Shown here in pieces: positions 37,466-49,300 of a DNA stretch of 64,000 nucleotides. How positions within the stretch are numbered: position 1 is the first letter of the stretch; each line of letters starts with the position of its first letter. A program made the position numbers and the translations under genes. The notes under the pieces were generated by a model that made no database searches, was not told the origin of the DNA, and worked only from the letters and a program-made list of their open reading frames with translations. Source of the stretch: Felis catus (lineage: Eukaryota); assembly GCF_018350175.1 (NCBI RefSeq), contig NC_058368.1:82958001-83022000 (forward strand), in the 5' to 3' direction.

Positions 37466-38366
37466 CTACATTTTTACAGAACAGATCCTCTCAATTACTC
37501 TTCCCATGGTCCCTATCACCTCTTTTTTTTTTTTCAAGGCTGTAGATTGAGCATTTGGGTTGAATATTTGGGTAAGCATGGTGTAGAAGACAACAAGAAC
37601 CTTGTTGTCTCTTGGAGATTGGAGAGATCTTGGGTATAGATAAGTGTAAACAAAGGGTGAATATTAGAAAGTCACCACAACGAAGTGGGTGCGGTGTGTC
37701 AAATAGGCCTTCTTCCTCCCTTCCGCTGAGTGCATGCTGTAGATGTCAAGGAGAATGTGGCCATAGGAACATGCAATGCCAATTAAAAGAAACACAATCA
37801 ATAGTGTGGTGCTTCCAAACACTGTATTCTCAGGCTGAGATGCCCATGCAGGCCAGTACCATTGGCCGGGTTCATGCAGGCCAATATGTCCAGTACATCA
37901 AAGAAGAAATGGTTGCCAGTTCTGGATTGACAGTAAGGTAAATGGAGGGCATATACAGTGTGGGAACAACAGTTGATTGAGCCCATTATCCAGGATCCCA
38001 TTATCATCAACACACAGACTCTTTTACTCATATGAACGGGATAGTGGAGAAGAAAGCAAATAGCCACCTAGCTATCATATGCCATAGTGGTCAATAGTAA
38101 TCCTTTTGCACCTACCAAAGTCAAAATAAAGAAGCTCTGAATCCCTCACCCAATGAAAGAAATAGACTTGTTTTGAAAGAGATAATTGGACACCATCCTG
38201 GGGACAATGGTGGAGATGTAGTTCAGGTCCACGAGGGAGAACTAAGTACAAAATGCATGCATGCATGGAGATAGGTGTCCAGGAGGATGAGGATGATCAT
38301 AGACAGGTTGTCAAAAAGAGAAAATAAGAGAATGAGAAAAATTAGAATGAATAACTATTCGATTCT
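37466..38366 (-). pseudogene. OR2L: Olfactory receptor pseudogene, family 2 subfamily L-like
   Basis: Manual translation across frames: NLSMIILILLDTYLH..., DLNYISTIVPRMV, NKSISFIG*GIQSFF, MAYDS*VAICFLLHYP, GSWIMGSIN, NHFF, SYGHILL, MHSAEGRKKAY, YTYLYPRSL, ICSVKM*. These motifs match the OR2L type. In-frame stops at 38146-38148, 38068-38070 and 37664-37666, plus frameshifts; no start codon found. The exact paralog cannot be assigned. Confidence 0.92.
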
Positions 38367-39164
38367 TCCTATATTACTATAATTTATCTCAAGAAGATTT
38401 TAAGATCTCTTGTTTAGGTGATAGTGAGAATTATCAAATAAACTAACACCATGTTTTATAGTACCATTACATATTATATATGTAACCAATAAATTCTAAT
38501 GATGGAACAATGCCATCAATGCATGTCCCCAAACATAAAACATAACTATGTTGAACGGGGAGATAGGGAAAGAGGAAAAAGTCGGTGATGTAGTGAGGGG
38601 CAACATTCCATCCACAGTGGCCTAAGGTACAAATTATGGTCTCATATTTGGATTTATGAGTCAACCATTAGAAGATAAGCATATTGTTTACAATATCAAG
38701 AAAGTACTGGGAAAAATTATGAAATAATTTGAAGTATTTTCCTTAGGGGTCTGGAGGTGTGGGTTATGGGAATACCAGTTTACCCTGTAGTTGGTTGATG
38801 CCCTGTCAATGCATTATTTGAATAAAATATGGAAGTTATATAAAAGGTCTTTCCATTAATAAATTGCATGTACTCAAATTATTGGATATGTCAATGCCCA
38901 AATCCACTGTGAAAAAACCTACAGCATTTCCCTGAGTCTATTAGGAGCAATTAATTTTCAATTGTTGTGCAATAATTGTCAACATTCAGAGGAAAAATTG
39001 AGTGTTAGTTTTGTTTATAAGTTGTCATTTGGATGAGCATAAAACCAGCATATTAGACTAGTATCATAAAGTAATTTATATTAGTTTCAATTATTGACAA
39101 GATTAAAAATGTAATATTTGTAATTACCAAGGAAATTAAAATTGCTAGTACTTATATCATTTTG

Positions 39165-41702
39165 ATTATTTTTTAATTTGTTTATTTAAATTCATGTTAA
39201 TTGATATACAGTGTAGTATTGGTTTCAGGAGTTGAATGTAGTGATTCATAATTTCCATATAACACCCAGTGCTCATCCCAAAAAGTGCCCTCCCTAATGC
39301 CCATCACCCATTTAGCATATATACCACCGACCTCCCTCCAGCAACTCTCAGTTTGTTCTCTGTATTTAAGCGTTTTTTATGGTTTGTCTCCTTATTTGTT
39401 TTTATCTTATTTCTCCTTCCCTTCCCTTATGTTCATCTGTTTTGTTTCTTAAATCCCACCTATGTGTGAAATCATAGGATATTATGTCTTTCTCTGACTG
39501 ACTTACTTTGCTTAACATATTACACTCTAGTTCCATCCACATTGTTACAAATGGCAAGATTTCATTCTTTTTGATCACCAAGTAGTACTCCATTGTATGT
39601 ATATACCACTATACTTTATCCATTCATCAGTTACTGGATGGCTTTTTCCAGTGGGCTCTTTCCATTTGGGCTCTTTCGACAATATGCCTATTGTTGATAG
39701 TGATGCTATAAACAATGGGGTGAGTGTGCCCCTTTGAATCAGCATTTCTGTATCCCTTGGATAAATACCTAGTAGTGAAATTCCTGAATCATAGGGTAGT
39801 TCTATTTTTAATTTTTTGAGGAACCTCCATACTGTTTATCAGAGTGGATGCACCAGTTGAAATTCCCAATAACAGTGCAAAGGGTTCCTCTTTCTCCACC
39901 TCCTTGCCAACATCTGTTGTTTCCTGAGTTGTTAATTTTAGCCGTTATGACAGGTATGATGTGGCATATCATTGTAGTTTTGATTTCTATTTTCTTGAAT
40001 TTGAGCTGATGTTGAATATCTTCTCATGTGTTTGTTAGTCATCTGGATGTCTTCTTTGGAAAATGTCTATTCGTGACTTCTGCCCATTTATTAACTAGAA
40101 TATTTGGTTTTTCTGGATGTTGAATTGTATAAGTTATTTATATATTTTATTGGATATATCATTCAGAAACATCTCCTCCCACTCTGTTGCCTCTTAGTTT
40201 TGCTGACTGTTTCTTTTGCTGTGCAGAAGCTTTATATTTTGATATCCCAATAGTTTATTGTTTGCTTTGTTTCCCTTTCCTCAAGAGACATGTCTAGAAA
40301 AAACTTGCTCCAGCTGATGTCATAAAAGCTATTGCCTATGTTCTCTTCAAGTATTTTAATGGTTTCAGGTCTCATATTTAGATCTGTAACCAATTTTGAA
40401 TTTATTTTGTGTTTGGTGTAAGAATGTGGTCCAGTTTCATTCTTTTACATGAAACTGTCCAGTTTTCCCAACACCATTCGTTGAAGAGACTTTTTCACAC
40501 TTGCAATTCTTTCCTGCTTTATCAAAGTTTAATTCGCCATGTAGTTGTGTATTAATTTCTGGGTTTTCCATTCTGCTTCATTGATCCGTGTGTCTATATT
40601 TGTGACAGTACCATAGTGCTTTGACCACTACAGCTTTGAAAGAAAGGGTAATATTCATATGATCATTTCAATAGACACAGAAAAAGTATTTATTATGAAC
40701 ATCCATTCATAATAAAAAATCTAAACACAGTAGATTTAGAGGGAACACAACATGATAAAAATCATATATAAAAAACAAAAGTAAAGTTAATATCATCATC
40801 TATAGGGACAAACTGAGAGTTTTCCTATATGACCAGGAAAGAGACAGGGATATTCACTTTCACTACTGTTATTAAACATATTACTGGAAATCTTAGCCAC
40901 ATCAATCAAACGACACAAAGAAATAAAAGACATCCAAGTTGGCATGGAAGCAGTCGACTTTAACTCTTTGCAAATTACATATTCTATATAGGAAACCAGA
41001 AAGATTCCACCAAAAAAACTGCTAGAACTGGTAAATAAATTTAGCAATGTCACAGGATACACAAAGCACAGGGGCCCCTGGGTGGCTCAGTCGGCTGAAT
41101 GACTGACTTCATCTCATGGCATGATCTTGTGGTTCATGAGTTCGAGCCCCACATCAGGCTCACTGCTGTCAGTTTCTCCACTCAGAGCTCCCTTTTATCC
41201 TCTGTCCCTCTTTCTTCCCCTTCTCCAAATAAATACATATAAAAAAAAATTAAACACAGAATGTTATTTCATTTTTAAACACCAATAATGACACAACATA
41301 AAGAGAAATGAAAAAATCAATCCCATTTACAACTACAAAAAAACAAGATACCTATAAATTTACCTAAATATGTGAAAAAACTATCCTTTGAAAATTGTAA
41401 AACACTGATGAAACAAATTAAAAATGACACACACAAATTTCAAGATATGCCATCCTCATGGATTGCATGCACAAATATTGTTAAAATGTCTATACTACCC
41501 AAAGAAATCTACACATTTAATGCAGTCTATATAAAAATAACAATTTTCACAGAGTTAAAACAAACAATACTAAAATTTGTATGGAACCACAAAAGACCCT
41601 GAAAAGCCAAACAACCTTGAAAAAGCAAAGCAAAGCTGGGGTCATAAGAATTATGGACTTAAAGTTTTATTATATAGCTGTAGTGATCAAAACAGTATGA
41701 TA
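39165..41702 (-). mobile_element. 5'-truncated carnivore L1 with an inverted 5' segment
   Basis: Minus-strand 3'UTR and ORF2 end at 39165-40638 is joined to plus-strand ORF2 at 40640-41702. The plus piece ends at the same L1 position where the minus piece begins. Confidence 0.8.
41071..41251 (+). mobile_element. CanSINE
   Basis: ggggcccctgggtggctcagtcgg head, B-box gagttcgagccc and A tail. Confidence 0.9.
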
Positions 41703-41705
41703 ATT

Positions 41706-42225
41706 GCATTTATATTCATCAATATTTGTACTTACTTTTATTGTTTTTCAATGTCCTTATACGACTTTAGTGCCAGAGGAATACTGGCCTCATAAAAATA
41801 GGTTTTGTGATTTCCCCTTTTCTGCAATTTTTGAGAAAAGTTTGAGAAAGAGCAATGTTAATTCTATTATTATTTACTTGTGGGTTTTTTGTTTTCTGGT
41901 TTTTTTTTAGAATTCAAAAATGATATCATCTGCTCCAGGTCTCTGTTGTGTTGTTTCTTTAGATGTTAGGTAAAATATTCTATCTTTTTGTTCATTATTA
42001 GTCTGCTCAGAAATTTGATTATTGTATGATTCAGTTTTGGTATGTGTATATACCTAGGAATTTATCTATTTACTCTACGATATCTGTTTTTTGTCATGTA
42101 AATAAATTGTTAATAGTAGTCTTTTATAATCTCTTGTATTTCTCTGGTATCAAATATAATATTCCTTCTTTTGTTTATAATTTATCTGTTTACTGAATCT
42201 CTTTTTTTCTTGATCAATCAAGCTA
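41706..42225 (-). mobile_element. Old L1 ORF2 fragment, antisense
   Basis: Degenerate match to antisense ORF2 (aatactggcctcataaaaatag; gattcagttttggtatg). Confidence 0.65.
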
Positions 42226-42535
42226 GATCTCTTCAGTTAAGATGGTAGAGGAGTAAGACAACCCTAAGCTTGCCTAGCATTTTGAACACAAATGGATAAA
42301 TATCAAATGATTCTGAATACACAAGAAGTCTCTCTGAGTACTGAGAGAAAAAATTACACATCTAGAGGCAGACAAAAGGCCACATCATGGAAGGTAGGAA
42401 CTGTGGAGTTGTTTTGGGGGAGAAAAGAACTACAGGTGCTGCCAAGAGGAGTAATACTTGATCATGAAGATAGAAGAATATGAGAGAGAGAGAGAATTAT
42501 GCAGGGGCTCACACAAGAAAACACTTTCCCCAAAA

Positions 42536-42762
42536 TGCCTGAATGGCTCAGGCTATTGAGTGTCACACTCTTGATTTTGGTTCAGGACATGATCCCAGGT
42601 TCACGGGATTAAGCCCTGTGTTGGGCTCTGTGCTGAGCATAGAGGCTGCTTAAGTTTCTCTCTCCCTCTGCCCCTCTCGCCCACTCACTCATGCTCTATC
42701 TCTCTCTCAAATTAAAAAAGAAAGAAGAAAGAAAGGAAAAGAGAAGGAAAGAAAGGAAGAAA
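42536..42762 (+). mobile_element. Older CanSINE with a (GAAA)n tail in the L1 #5 5'UTR
   Basis: SINE body with (CT) tract. Degenerate TSD tttccccaaaa / tttccctaaaa. Confidence 0.85.
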
Positions 42763-45700
42763 GAAAATTTCCCTAAAACCATTAACTGAGAAAAGGAGGG
42801 GGACTGAATACTGTAAATTTTTTTATGCAGTAGATCTCAAAGTCTGAAATTTTAGAAGTCTGTGCCATCACCAGGGCCATGCCTGGCAGCTTAGTGGTGC
42901 TTCTTTGGGGAAGGAGGTCAGAGGCCCAGGATAAGACAGCACTGGCTCAGGATCTTCTAGATTACATATTGATAAATGTTTCCCATTCCTGGAGTGCATT
43001 TAGAGTCATGGCATGGCATCTCTGGGGACAAAAGTGTTGGTGGTCTCCAACATGTTGCCTGGTTCACCAACATAGTACAGAGATAACTATTGAGGGCTGT
43101 AAACCTTGGTGCCAGCTTTTTGCTATGCTTTACCACAAACTCTTAACTTGTGCATGGTTGGATGACCATCTTCTGGTACAAACTGACACCTGACACAGTA
43201 TGGTGAGACCCTCCCCCAGAGGATCAGAGTGGGTCTGAGCTGTGCCAGGTTCCTAAAATTTATGGTTTTTAAAAACACAGCTATATCCCTGAGATTAAAA
43301 AAAGGAGTACTGTGCTGCCTGGCATCCAGAAACCTCAGACATAGAGTGAAGGCAGGAATCTGACAGAAGTTGGGAACACAAGAGGGGGGAGTGTTTGTTC
43401 TTGTGTGAAGTCTTACTAAAGAAGGAGGGTGTAAAATATCTGCTCTGGGGATGAGAGACTGACACAATGTCATTACCTTCCATACACCAGGACTGACCAA
43501 CTTCCATGAGCAACAGAGTGCACACTAGTGGAGGCTAGAGCTGTTTACAACAATCACCAAACCCTGACATCTTGCAGGTGTATCTTTATTATGCCAAGTT
43601 TACGTGAGAATCAGTGCAACAGGCACCTCACCCAGAAGACCAACACAAGCCCTTCAACTCACTAAGTTCACTGATCATAGAGTGCTGCAGTTTCACCTCT
43701 AGGCAGAACTGGATCTAGCTTCATGTGGGTTTTTTGTTTGTTTCTATGTTTGTTTGCTTTTTATTTTGTTTTGTTTTGTTAGCTTCTGGTTTTCTTGTTG
43801 TTGTGGTTGTTTTCCTTTTCTTGGATACAGAAAGAGCAAATTTATTTCATTATTTATTTTATTTTATTTTATTTTATTTTTGTTTTATTTATCTCTTCTC
43901 TTCTTTTTTTCCAACAAGCTTCTTTTAACACCAGACCGAATCAAAACTAGGATCTATCTTCCTTTATTTGATTTTTTTAATTGTTTAAAAATTTGTAAAT
44001 ATTATGTTATTTTCTTCCTCCTAAAAGAAGAGAAAGAGGGATTAACTCCACAAAAAAAAGGAATCAGGAATAAATGAAGTCTATGAATTTAATCAATAAG
44101 TCAGACGTCTAAATTAGAATTAAAAAAAACTATTATAAGAATTCTATCTGGGCTTGAAGAAAGCATAGAAGGCACTAGAGAATCCCTTACTGCAGAGATA
44201 AAAGAGACAAAATCTAGTCAGGCCAAGATTAAAAATGCTATAACAAAGATACAAACTTGAATGGATGATAGTGAGGATGGACAAAGTAGAGGAACATAGT
44301 AGTGATGTAGAACATAATATTATGGAAAATAGTCAAGCTGAAAATAAGAGGAAAAAAAAAGTAATGGATAAGGAAGATAGACTTAGGGAACTAAGCAACT
44401 TATTAAACTGGAAAGCATTTGTATCATAAGAGTCCCAGAAGATGAAGGCAGTGGAAAAGAGGCAGGTTTATGTGAGAAAATATTAGTTGAACATTTCCCT
44501 AATCTGGTAAAGGGAACAGACAAAAAAAACCAAGAAGCACAGAGAACTCCCATTATATTCAACAAAAGCTGACCATAACCAGGACATATCATAGTCAAAT
44601 TCACAAAAAAACACAGACAAAGAAAGAATCCTGAAAGTAGCAAAACACAAAAAGTCCTTAACCTACATAGGGAGACAGATCAGATTCACAACATATCTAT
44701 GCATAAAAACTTTCCAGTCCAGAAGGGAATGGCAGGCTATCTTAAATGTTCTAATGGGGAAAATAGGCAACCAATAATACTCTACCCTACAAAACTGTCA
44801 TTCAGAATAGGAAAGATAAGGAGTTTTCCAGACAAACAAAAACTAAAGGAATTAGTGACCACTAAAAGAGCCCTGCAAGCAATATTAAGGGGGACTCTAT
44901 GAGTGGGAAGGAAAGACCAACAGTGACAAAGACTAGAGGGGAATATTATCAGGAACACCAACTTTGCAGGTAACTTAATGCACTAAACTCATGTCATTCA
45001 AAAATCACCCTGAAAACAAAAGGAATAAATTCTCTAATTACAAGACACAGGTTATCAGAAGGAATTAAAAAAAAAAACAAGACTTAGCTATATACTGCCT
45101 ACAGGAGACTCATTTTAGACTTAAAGACATTGGCAGATTGAAAGTGAGAGGATGGAGAAAAATCTATAATGCTAATGAATTCCAAAAGAAAGCCAGTGTA
45201 GCCATACTTATATTGGACAAGTAGATTTTAAACAAAAGCCTGCCACAGAAGATGATGGCAGACATTATATCATAATTAAGGGGCCTATCCATCAAGAAGA
45301 GCTAAGAGTTGTAAATATGCCACCTCCTTGGGGCCCTCACTACATGAAACAATAAGAAACTCATTGAAAATAATACAATAATTGTAGGGAATTTGACACG
45401 TCACTTACAGCCATGGACAGATCATCTAAGCAGAAAATAAACAAGGAAACAATAGCTTTGAATGAAACATTTGCCCAGATGGACTATATATATAACATTT
45501 CATCCTAAAGCAGCAGAATACATATTCTTTTCAAATACACATGGAGCATTCTCCAAAATAGATCATACGTGAGGTCGCAAATCAGCCCTCAACAAGTACA
45601 AATAGATTAAGATCACAGCATGCGTATTTCCACACCAAAATGTTATGAACTTAAAGTCAATCACAAGAAATTCAGAAAGACCACAAAGGAGGTTATAGTT

Positions 45701-46354
45701 AAAGAACATCATTCTAGAGAATGAGTATGTTAAACAAGAAATTAAAGAGGAAATAAAAATGATCATGGAAGTAAATAAAAATGAAAATACAACAATCCAA
45801 AAGATTTTGGATATAGCAAAGCAGTCTTAAGAGGGAAGTGTATTGCAATAAAGGTTTACATCAAAAAGCAAGAAATGTTTCAAAAGACATAACATAATCT
45901 TAAACCTAAAGGAGCTAGAAAAGGAACAGCAAAAAAAAGCCTGAAGTCAGCAGAGGAGAGAAAATAATAAAGAATAGGGCCGGTATAAATGATATAGAAA
46001 CATAGAAACAAAAATTAGTAGGACAGATGAATGAAACTAAGAATGGTTCTTCAGGAGAATCAATAAAATGATAAACCCTTAGCCAGACTTATGAAAGTGA
46101 AAAGGGAAAAGATCCAAATAAATAAATCCACAAATGAAATGGGAGAGAGCACAACCAACACAAGAATACAAAAAAAAAAACTATAAGAGAATATTACAAA
46201 AACTATATTCCAACAGACTAGGCAACCTAGAAGAAAGTGATTAATTACTAGAAATAGTCAAACAACCAAAACTGAAACAGGAAGAAATAGAAAATTTAAA
46301 CAGACCGATAACCAGAAAAAAAACTTGAAACAGACATAAAAAAATCTCCCAAAA

Positions 46355-49300
46355 GGAGCCAAGATGGTAGAACAGCATGGAATTTTGGTGTGTGTGTGTC
46401 TCACAACCATGAAATACAGCCAGAGCAACACTAAAACATCCTGCACACCTAGAAAACTGATTAGAGGATTAACACAATGATATGCACAACTTGAACCACA
46501 GAACTCAGCAGGTTTGTGGTGTGGAAAGGGGAACTGGGGGAGAGAGAAGCCATGGAGGGCAGGGAGCTGTTTTGCTTTCAGAGAAAGGATGGAGATGGGG
46601 GGAATAATATGGGAAAAACATCCCCCCAAAAGCAGCAGGAGAGACAGTGGAAAAGTGGAAACAGCCATAGGGACTGAGCTAAAAAGAAAGGGTTTAAATT
46701 CCATTAAGACTCTATAAACGGGGAGTGCAGAGTCTGAAACTCCACAGCTCAATACCTGGTGGTGCTCTGGTGGGAAGGGCAAAGCCCCAAGAGCAGAGTG
46801 AAGTCCAGGGGTCTCTGGACCACACAGGGAGAGGTGGTTCCCCTGCTGGGAGAATATCTTGTAGAGGCTGTGTGGCTCCCCCAAAGGCAAAGTCCCCAGT
46901 GGTCTCAGGAGAACAACCACATTCACTGGTGTTGGAACAAGGTCATTGGGGGTGAAGTCTGGTGCCAGGGGCGTGTTGTGATTTGCCTTAATACATAAAA
47001 CACTGCTGCTACATGATCACGTAAACTTTTTCTGGGGTGGTCTGGCACCCAGCTGCAGTCTCTGGGAATTGGCAGCAGCACCTTCCCGCGAACATTCCTG
47101 GGTGCAGCCAGCACCTGGCCATTGCTCAGTGAGACCTTCCGGCATATGGGCAGAGCAGGTCAAAGCAGTCCCTCAGAAGTACAGGGTCAGGAAACACAGC
47201 CACATCTGAGATAAAACTCAGGAAGGAGGTGCTGTCTGGGAACCTGACGGCTTGGTCATGGACAGTGTAAATGTGAGGAGTGTATGGAAGCTGAAGACAA
47301 AGGATGGGTGGGAGATTGCTATAGGGGAGAACAGAGTTCTAAAACTAGAGACTGGGTAGCTGGGTGACACCATTTACACCGCTCCCGTGCATGCACATAC
47401 ACACCTACAAGGGCCATAACAATCCACCCCACTAAGCTAAGCAGCACCATCTAGTGGAGAACAGACTCATTACACCAAGCCCCACCCAATTGGGCTAACC
47501 TCACTCTTCAGGAACACAAGTCTCATCACCTGGTTAGTTTACCGACTATAAAGCACTTTACATTTTGACTTCTAGGGGAAAACGAAGTCATTTCAATCGA
47601 ATTTCAGTCTGTTCACTGGTCGATATATTCAATTTTTGTTTTTAATTTCCCTTTTTTCTCTTTTTCGCTTATTTTCTTTTTCTTGAATACAAAAAGAAAA
47701 AATATTTTTACTTTCAATTCTTATTAAAATATTTTTCTTTATTTTTTTCTAATATGTTTTTTACTTTTGTGTATTTTTTCAAATTCTATTTTACTTCCAT
47801 CATTTCCTTTTATTTCATTTCAGTGCACTCATTTTTTCAAATTTTCAAATGATATTCTTTCTTTTTTTTTCTTTCCCCTTTTTTCTCTCTTCTATCAAGC
47901 CCCTTTCAACACCCAGACCAAAAACAACCTAGGACCTACATCATTTATTTGATTTTTTTATGCTTGTTTTAAATTTTATTTTCTTTTTCAATTTTACTTT
48001 CTTTAATTTTTTTAACCTCATTAAGTCATTTTCTCACTTGAAAATAACAAAATGAAGGAATTCACCCCAAAAGAAAGAGCAGAAAGAAACAACAGTCAAG
48101 GACTTAACTACCACAGATACAAGCAAGGCTTCTGAACCTGAACTTAGAATCACAATAGTAAGAATACTAGTTGGAATTGAAAATAGATTAGAATCCTTTT
48201 TGTGGAGATAAAAGAAGTAAAGGCTAGTTAGAATGAAATAAAAAAATGCTATAACTGAGATGCAATCTTGAATGAATTCTGCAGTGGCAAGGAAGGATGA
48301 GGCAGAACAGAGAATCAGTGATATAGATTATAAACTTATGGAGAATAATGAAGCTAAAAAAATAGGGAGACTAAGGCAAAAGAACGTGATTTAAGAATTA
48401 GAGAACAGTGACTCATTAAAAACTAACAACATCACAATAACAGGGGTCCCAGAAGACGAAGAAAGAAAAAAAAAAGGAGGGTAGAAGGGTTATGTGAGAA
48501 AATCATAGTGGAAAAATTTCCTAACCTAGGGAAAGACACATATACCAAACTCCAGGAAGCACAGAGGACTCCCATTAGATTCAACAAAAACAGTAATCAA
48601 CAGGGCATTTCATAGTCAAAATCACAAAATAATCAAGCAAGGAAAGAATCATGAAAGCAGCAAGGGAGAAAAAAAGTACTTAACCTAGAAGATAAGACAG
48701 ATCAGGTTTGCAGCAGACCAAACCACAGAAACTGGCTTTGCAGGCCAGAAAGGAGTGACAGAATATATTCAATGTGCTGAATCAGAAAAATATGCAGCCA
48801 AGAATCTTTTATCCAGAAAGTCTGTCATTCAACATAGGAGAGACTAAAAGTTTCTGAGAAAAAACAAAATTAGAGTTCGTGTCCACTAAACCAGCACTGC
48901 AAGAAATTTTAAGGTATACTCTCTGAGGGGAGAAAAGATTAAATAAACAAACAAATAAATAAATACCAAAAGTAACAAAGACAAGAAAGGGTCAGAGAAA
49001 ACCACCAGAAACTCCAACTCTACAATAAACATAATCGCAATAAATTAATATCATTCACTACTCAGTCTAAATGTCAATGGAATAAATTCTCCAATCAAAA
49101 GACACAATATAATGGAGAAGCAAACAAGACCCATCTATATGCTGTTTACAAGAGACCCACTTTAGATCTAAAGACACCTTTGGATTGAAAATAAGGGGAT
49201 GGAGAATTATCTATCATGCTAATGGTCAACAAAAGAATGCCAGGGTAACCATACTTATAACAGACAATCTAGACTTTAAAATAAAGTCTGTAACAAGAGA

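Noticed and set aside
38700..39100. O/E (EBF)-like and homeodomain-like sites upstream of the OR pseudogene
   Set aside because: Only imperfect short matches in AT-rich DNA, expected by chance without conservation data.
46258..46926. 222-aa minus-strand ORF, the longest in the track
   Set aside because: It is antisense to an L1 5'UTR and crosses an insertion junction, so it is a chance open frame.
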